Assembly: GCF_036321535.1 (NCBI RefSeq)
Contig: NC_087443.1
Location: forward strand, 64,976,001 to 65,040,000
Length of the DNA stretch: 64,000 nucleotides
DNA from: Camelus dromedarius
Taxonomy: Eukaryota
Direction: 5' to 3'
This document shows, piece by piece, positions 60,006-64,000 of the stretch (its first letter is position 1; each line of letters starts with the position of its first letter). Under the pieces are notes generated by a model. It was not told the origin of the DNA and did not search any database. It was given only the letters and a program-made list of their open reading frames with translations. Made by a program: the position numbers and the translations under genes.

Positions 60006-61609
60006 AAGAAATGAGAAGGGGCTGTGAATATAAAAATGATTGCTTCATATTGATCGATATTTCTACAAATACATTAACATTTACTGCCTATATGATGGTG
60101 TGCCTTACAGATCTATAAAAGTGTCTCTAAATAAAACCCCCTCTGATTTCATTTGGAGAGGGCTGTATTTATTAACTATAATATTGAGCAAATATCATAT
60201 TTTGAAGTATATTGCCATAATAATACCTAATTGTAAAAATCTTTGGCAAGGGCTTTTAGAAATGAGTTAAGCCAGTCCTCTCTCTCCATATACCACAGTC
60301 CATGAACTATTCCAATAATCACATCCCTTAAGAATATAAACATGCCCATATGGCCTGGGATAAGTTGTGTCTTGAAAGGCAATGTAAAACACAACTTACC
60401 AGACTTCAATCACTGGCAGCGGGATGTTCCATGGTTATTAGTTTCTGAACTTCTGTGACTTTATAATGGCATCAAGTCTTTTCTATCTGCTAATCAACAT
60501 TACACAGGAAAAGTCATCTTCTTGTGCATAAAAATATGTCCAGCATCACTTATCCTCTTTTTCTCTCTTTGTTTCTTCCCCAAAAGATACTCTTTATCAC
60601 TTTTTTGTCTACTCTGATAAGAAGCCCTGGGATTTGTATGACACCAAAAAGAGGTGGAAAATTTAGTATAAGTGCATCTCGAAGAGTTCAAAATATAAAA
60701 CCACTCACATATTCATTGCTCTCTTCTTCTAAATCCATAAATCTCAATACCAGTGTGATTTTGCGATTTTTCAATATTGGTTCTCTTTTAAATCACTTGC
60801 TTTCTCTCTAGGGATTCCTTATTCCAAAAGATGTAGCCCTTCATTTCTATTTTATATCTTGCTACCTCTCAGATTGTGAGCTAGTAGATAACATGGCAAA
60901 ATTTCAAATGTGGCTCCCTCTTTTACTAAAGGGAGAAGAGGCTGGAACTCCAGCTACATTACTTTAAAGGTAGCCCAAGTGCTATCTGTCACTCAAAGGG
61001 CCCTTGCATGCTCCATTTCCCCTAGGAATGCTAATTTGTCCATAGTAAATAAAAGGAAATGAATATGAGTGTCTTTACTGATCTTCAGAAGTCAAAGCAT
61101 CCAAAGGCAGTGTCATCAGTGCTCTCTGCAGCCCTCATGGGTAAAGGATGCATATTTATAAATCAGAGTCTAGTGGAGGGAAGGAGGAAGGCATGGGAGT
61201 GCTAAGTAAAGTGTCACACAGTCTTCCACCCTCTCTTCCTAGTCACAATCACTTAAATAAGCCACTTCAGGAGGACACTGATGATGTGGTCCCCTCAACT
61301 ACTCCTCACAACCCTCCCTGACAGGAGGGTGGAACCTCATTGCCTTTGGCATGGTATTGCCTTGTTATATGAGGTATTAAATAGAATTAAAAGAGCCAAA
61401 GCCACCAATTGCTGTTTCTTTAATATTGTAATACAATTAGAGTCCAGTTCTTTTCAGGATCTGGGGTGAGGGCTCCAGTATCACTAATGACACCAGAGTC
61501 TTTAAATAGACTCTCCACCCCAAACATCTAGATATACACATGCACACACCTGGGTTCCAAAGGTCGATGGTGGCAGGGAGATCTTACAGCAATCAGTGCT
61601 ATGACCTCC

Positions 61610-61735
61610 CAGCTCTTCATATAACAGCCAGAGTAAACTTTAAACCATAGGTAATGTCATTCCAGCTTCCCTGACATGGAATGAGGTCAGAACTTTATGC
61701 TGTGTCCTGTACACTCTTCACGATCCATCTACCAT
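61610..61735 (+). mobile_element. L2 fragment
   Basis: TATAACAGCCAGAGTAAACTTTAAACC...AATGTCATTCC...GAATGAGGTCAGAACTTT. Confidence 0.45.
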
Positions 61736-62739
61736 CTATTGGAACAACAAGGTAAGGGAACTGGGTATCTGCCTTGGGTATGGCCCAGGTCTGACAGTTT
61801 TCTCCTAGAAAGTGATCAGCAAGCCTTCAAGCATTAAATCTCCCATTAATCTCTTCTCTCTTGCTGCCCATTTGTGCTCCTTATCCATATCTAGAATAAA
61901 TCTAATTCTTTCTTTTTTCTAACTTGAATTGTCCCTGACATTTGGAAAATGAGCAATATCTCTGGGACAATATCTAGGTCACATCTGAACAGAGCATAAT
62001 TTCTTTCTCTGGAAGATGTATAATTTTCACTTTGATAATCCCAGCATTTGATATTTTGCATCTTTTTTACCAGTAATCCCAATTTTTAAGTAGCCCAGAC
62101 CAGAGAGACACATGACATGGAAGCAAAACAAGCTCATTACGGATCTAAGCAATCATGCTGTGCATGAGGCACTGCTGGATCTGAGCCCCTCAGTGCTGAT
62201 TCAGCTCTGCTCCTCACACCCTGGCTCATTGGTGCCCAGTCCCATAAGCTCTCAGGTACTTAGTTTCTTCTTTCATAAGTGCGTTGATCTGCTAATGAGA
62301 ACCATGGATGTTTTTGTAGGTCTTGTGAAAGGTGGGTTAGAAAAATTCTGGAGGAGAACTCATAAAGGCACAGTGTGGGCCATCCACAAAACTCTGAGAA
62401 TCCATGCTACCGAGGCAGATGCCCAGTGGGGGACTTTGAGCCTTGAGGCAAGACTGGATCCTTCAAGGAAGCCACAGTAGTGACTGCTGGAGCACTGGGG
62501 CTCAGTTTACCTTGTATGGCATCTGCCCAGACCTGTTCATGAGCGCATATAAGACTCTTCTTAGGGACACCAAAAATATTTTAGGGAACTTTCAGCAAAT
62601 TATGTCTTACGGGAGAGGCAAGGATGAGAGACAGTGATATGTGTGATTATAACGCAACTCAACCTACAGGCTGGTATAGCTTAGAGGAAGATGGGCTGCC
62701 TGTAAGGTAAAGCCATTGGTCTAGTGCCATGATTCTAAT

Positions 62740-62905
62740 CTGAGACACAGAATCTCTTGAGCAGTGTTTGTAAAACTGCAAATGTCCAATGCTCAACTCC
62801 AAATATTCTGATTCAATAGGTCCAGAAAGGACCTAGGCATCTGTATTTTTATCAAGTTCCACAGATGATTCTAAAAGACAGTCAGGACTTGAATCCATTG
62901 GACTA
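62740..62905. mobile_element. MER5A/B-like (hAT-Charlie)
   Basis: CTCCAAATATTCTGATTCAATAGGTCCAG...CCTAGGCATCTGTATTTTTATCAAGTTCCACAGATGATTCT. Confidence 0.75.
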
Positions 62906-63243
62906 GATGGTCTCAAAAGACCAACCCTGACATAGATAAAAGTATTTTTTTAAATATTCTACAAAATCATTTATTTTTTTATTTGTAGTTTGCATTTCTT
63001 GTCTACATTGAATCTTTTTCTGTGATCAGGTATCTGTATTCAGGGCCCATCATTGCTTACTTCCATCTTTCAATCTCACATCCATTTTGGGGAAGTACCT
63101 TCAAAATGTCAAAGCCCACTGTGAAAGTCACTGACCTGTAATATCCTAAAATAGGGAAAACCTCTTGAAGAAAAGTACAGACAGATTCTTCCTTCTCTCT
63201 TGCCTATTGTGATTTCCTTCCTTTCTTTTCTCCTTCTCATTAG

Positions 63244-63339
63244 TCTGTGACTGCCCAGGATTTAACCACTAGTGTAAATTCCATGTCTCATATCCGTCCA
63301 GAGAAGAGCCTGTTTTGGTGAGACTGATGGCAGCAAGAG
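63244..63339 (+). other. Candidate internal exon (5'UTR/first-coding or lncRNA)
   Basis: About 55 nt of pyrimidine tract ending CTCATTAG (AG 63242-63243). Donor GAG|GTAAGA at 63340; alternative donor TTG|GTGAGA at 63318. ATG at 63327-63329. No protein recognised. Confidence 0.3.
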
Positions 63340-64000
63340 GTAAGAAGGCAACCATGAGGCCAACCCCTTTCTGGGGTTCTACCCTCTTCTTCCCCTCCCT
63401 GACAGTCCAACACAAGTTCTGGTCTTCACCTCAGAGCTCCCAGCTCTCATGTGAAAATGCCCAAAGCAGTATAGATTCTAATTTTCCTCTGAAGCTTAGA
63501 AATGTTCATTCCTACCTAAATTTAAGAGTTCTCCATTGGCATTTATTTACATCGTTCTGTGTACTTACATGGATTATGTGAAAATGAGGGAATGTGGGGA
63601 GTATGAAATAGAGCCATTACATCTCACCAATGTCTTATGGTAATTAGCAATGTAAAAGTGTAAATACCCTTCAAAAGCATCCAAAGTTAATTGGAAAGAT
63701 AAATCTTTCTGATTCAGTAATTGGTCCTTGTGGGCACATAACCCAAGTAACGTCAATAAGAGTCCCTCAGTTGGATTGACATGGATTCTGGTGGCAAAAG
63801 AGTTGTATTCTTCCAAAGAAGTAATAAACTTGTAAGCCTATATATTCTAGGGATCATCTCACTGCATTGTGGGGAGACTTCTTGAGAAGAAAACCAGCTT
63901 GGAAAGAAGAAAACTCAAAAGATGAAGAAAGATAAGAACCTAAAGGCATTATCTAAAATAGCAGTGCCTGAAGACATATCCACCCATTGGACTTTCCAGT

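Noticed and set aside
1-64000. CRISPR arrays, tRNA/rRNA/snRNA genes, NUMTs, processed pseudogenes, CpG islands
   Set aside because: Looked for by eye on both strands; none recognised.

Overview
AT-rich, CpG-poor placental-mammal genomic DNA, most likely a camelid (camel/llama/alpaca). The taxon is inferred from the young LINE-1 3' tails (GAATCACTATGCTGTACACCAGAAATT...) and from the absence of ruminant, pig, whale, primate or carnivore SINEs. Much of the window is a layered record of transposable elements. Ancient ones include MIR, L2, HAL1, L1M/L1MC/L1ME and hAT-type DNA transposons (MER5A, MER53, MER58A, a Tip100/Zaphod-like MITE). LTR elements include MaLR solo LTRs, an LTR16-like LTR with its ERV-L leader/gag, LTR33, and a ~2.7 kb decayed ERV-L internal segment with protease, RT and RNase H motifs. 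Several younger cetartiodactyl L1 fragments are also present. I could not recognise any host protein-coding gene, RNA gene, CpG island or CRISPR-like array. The listed ORFs are TE-derived or consistent with chance. A few unique-sequence segments carry credible splice or poly(A) signals and are reported as low-confidence exon candidates. Four N-runs sit in young repeats and appear to preserve the length of the hidden sequence. I did not find a convincing undescribed biological system; the findings are modest structural or evolutionary observations. Repeat family names come from my memory of Repbase/Dfam-type consensus sequences, not from a search, and boundaries are approximate unless a TSD is given.
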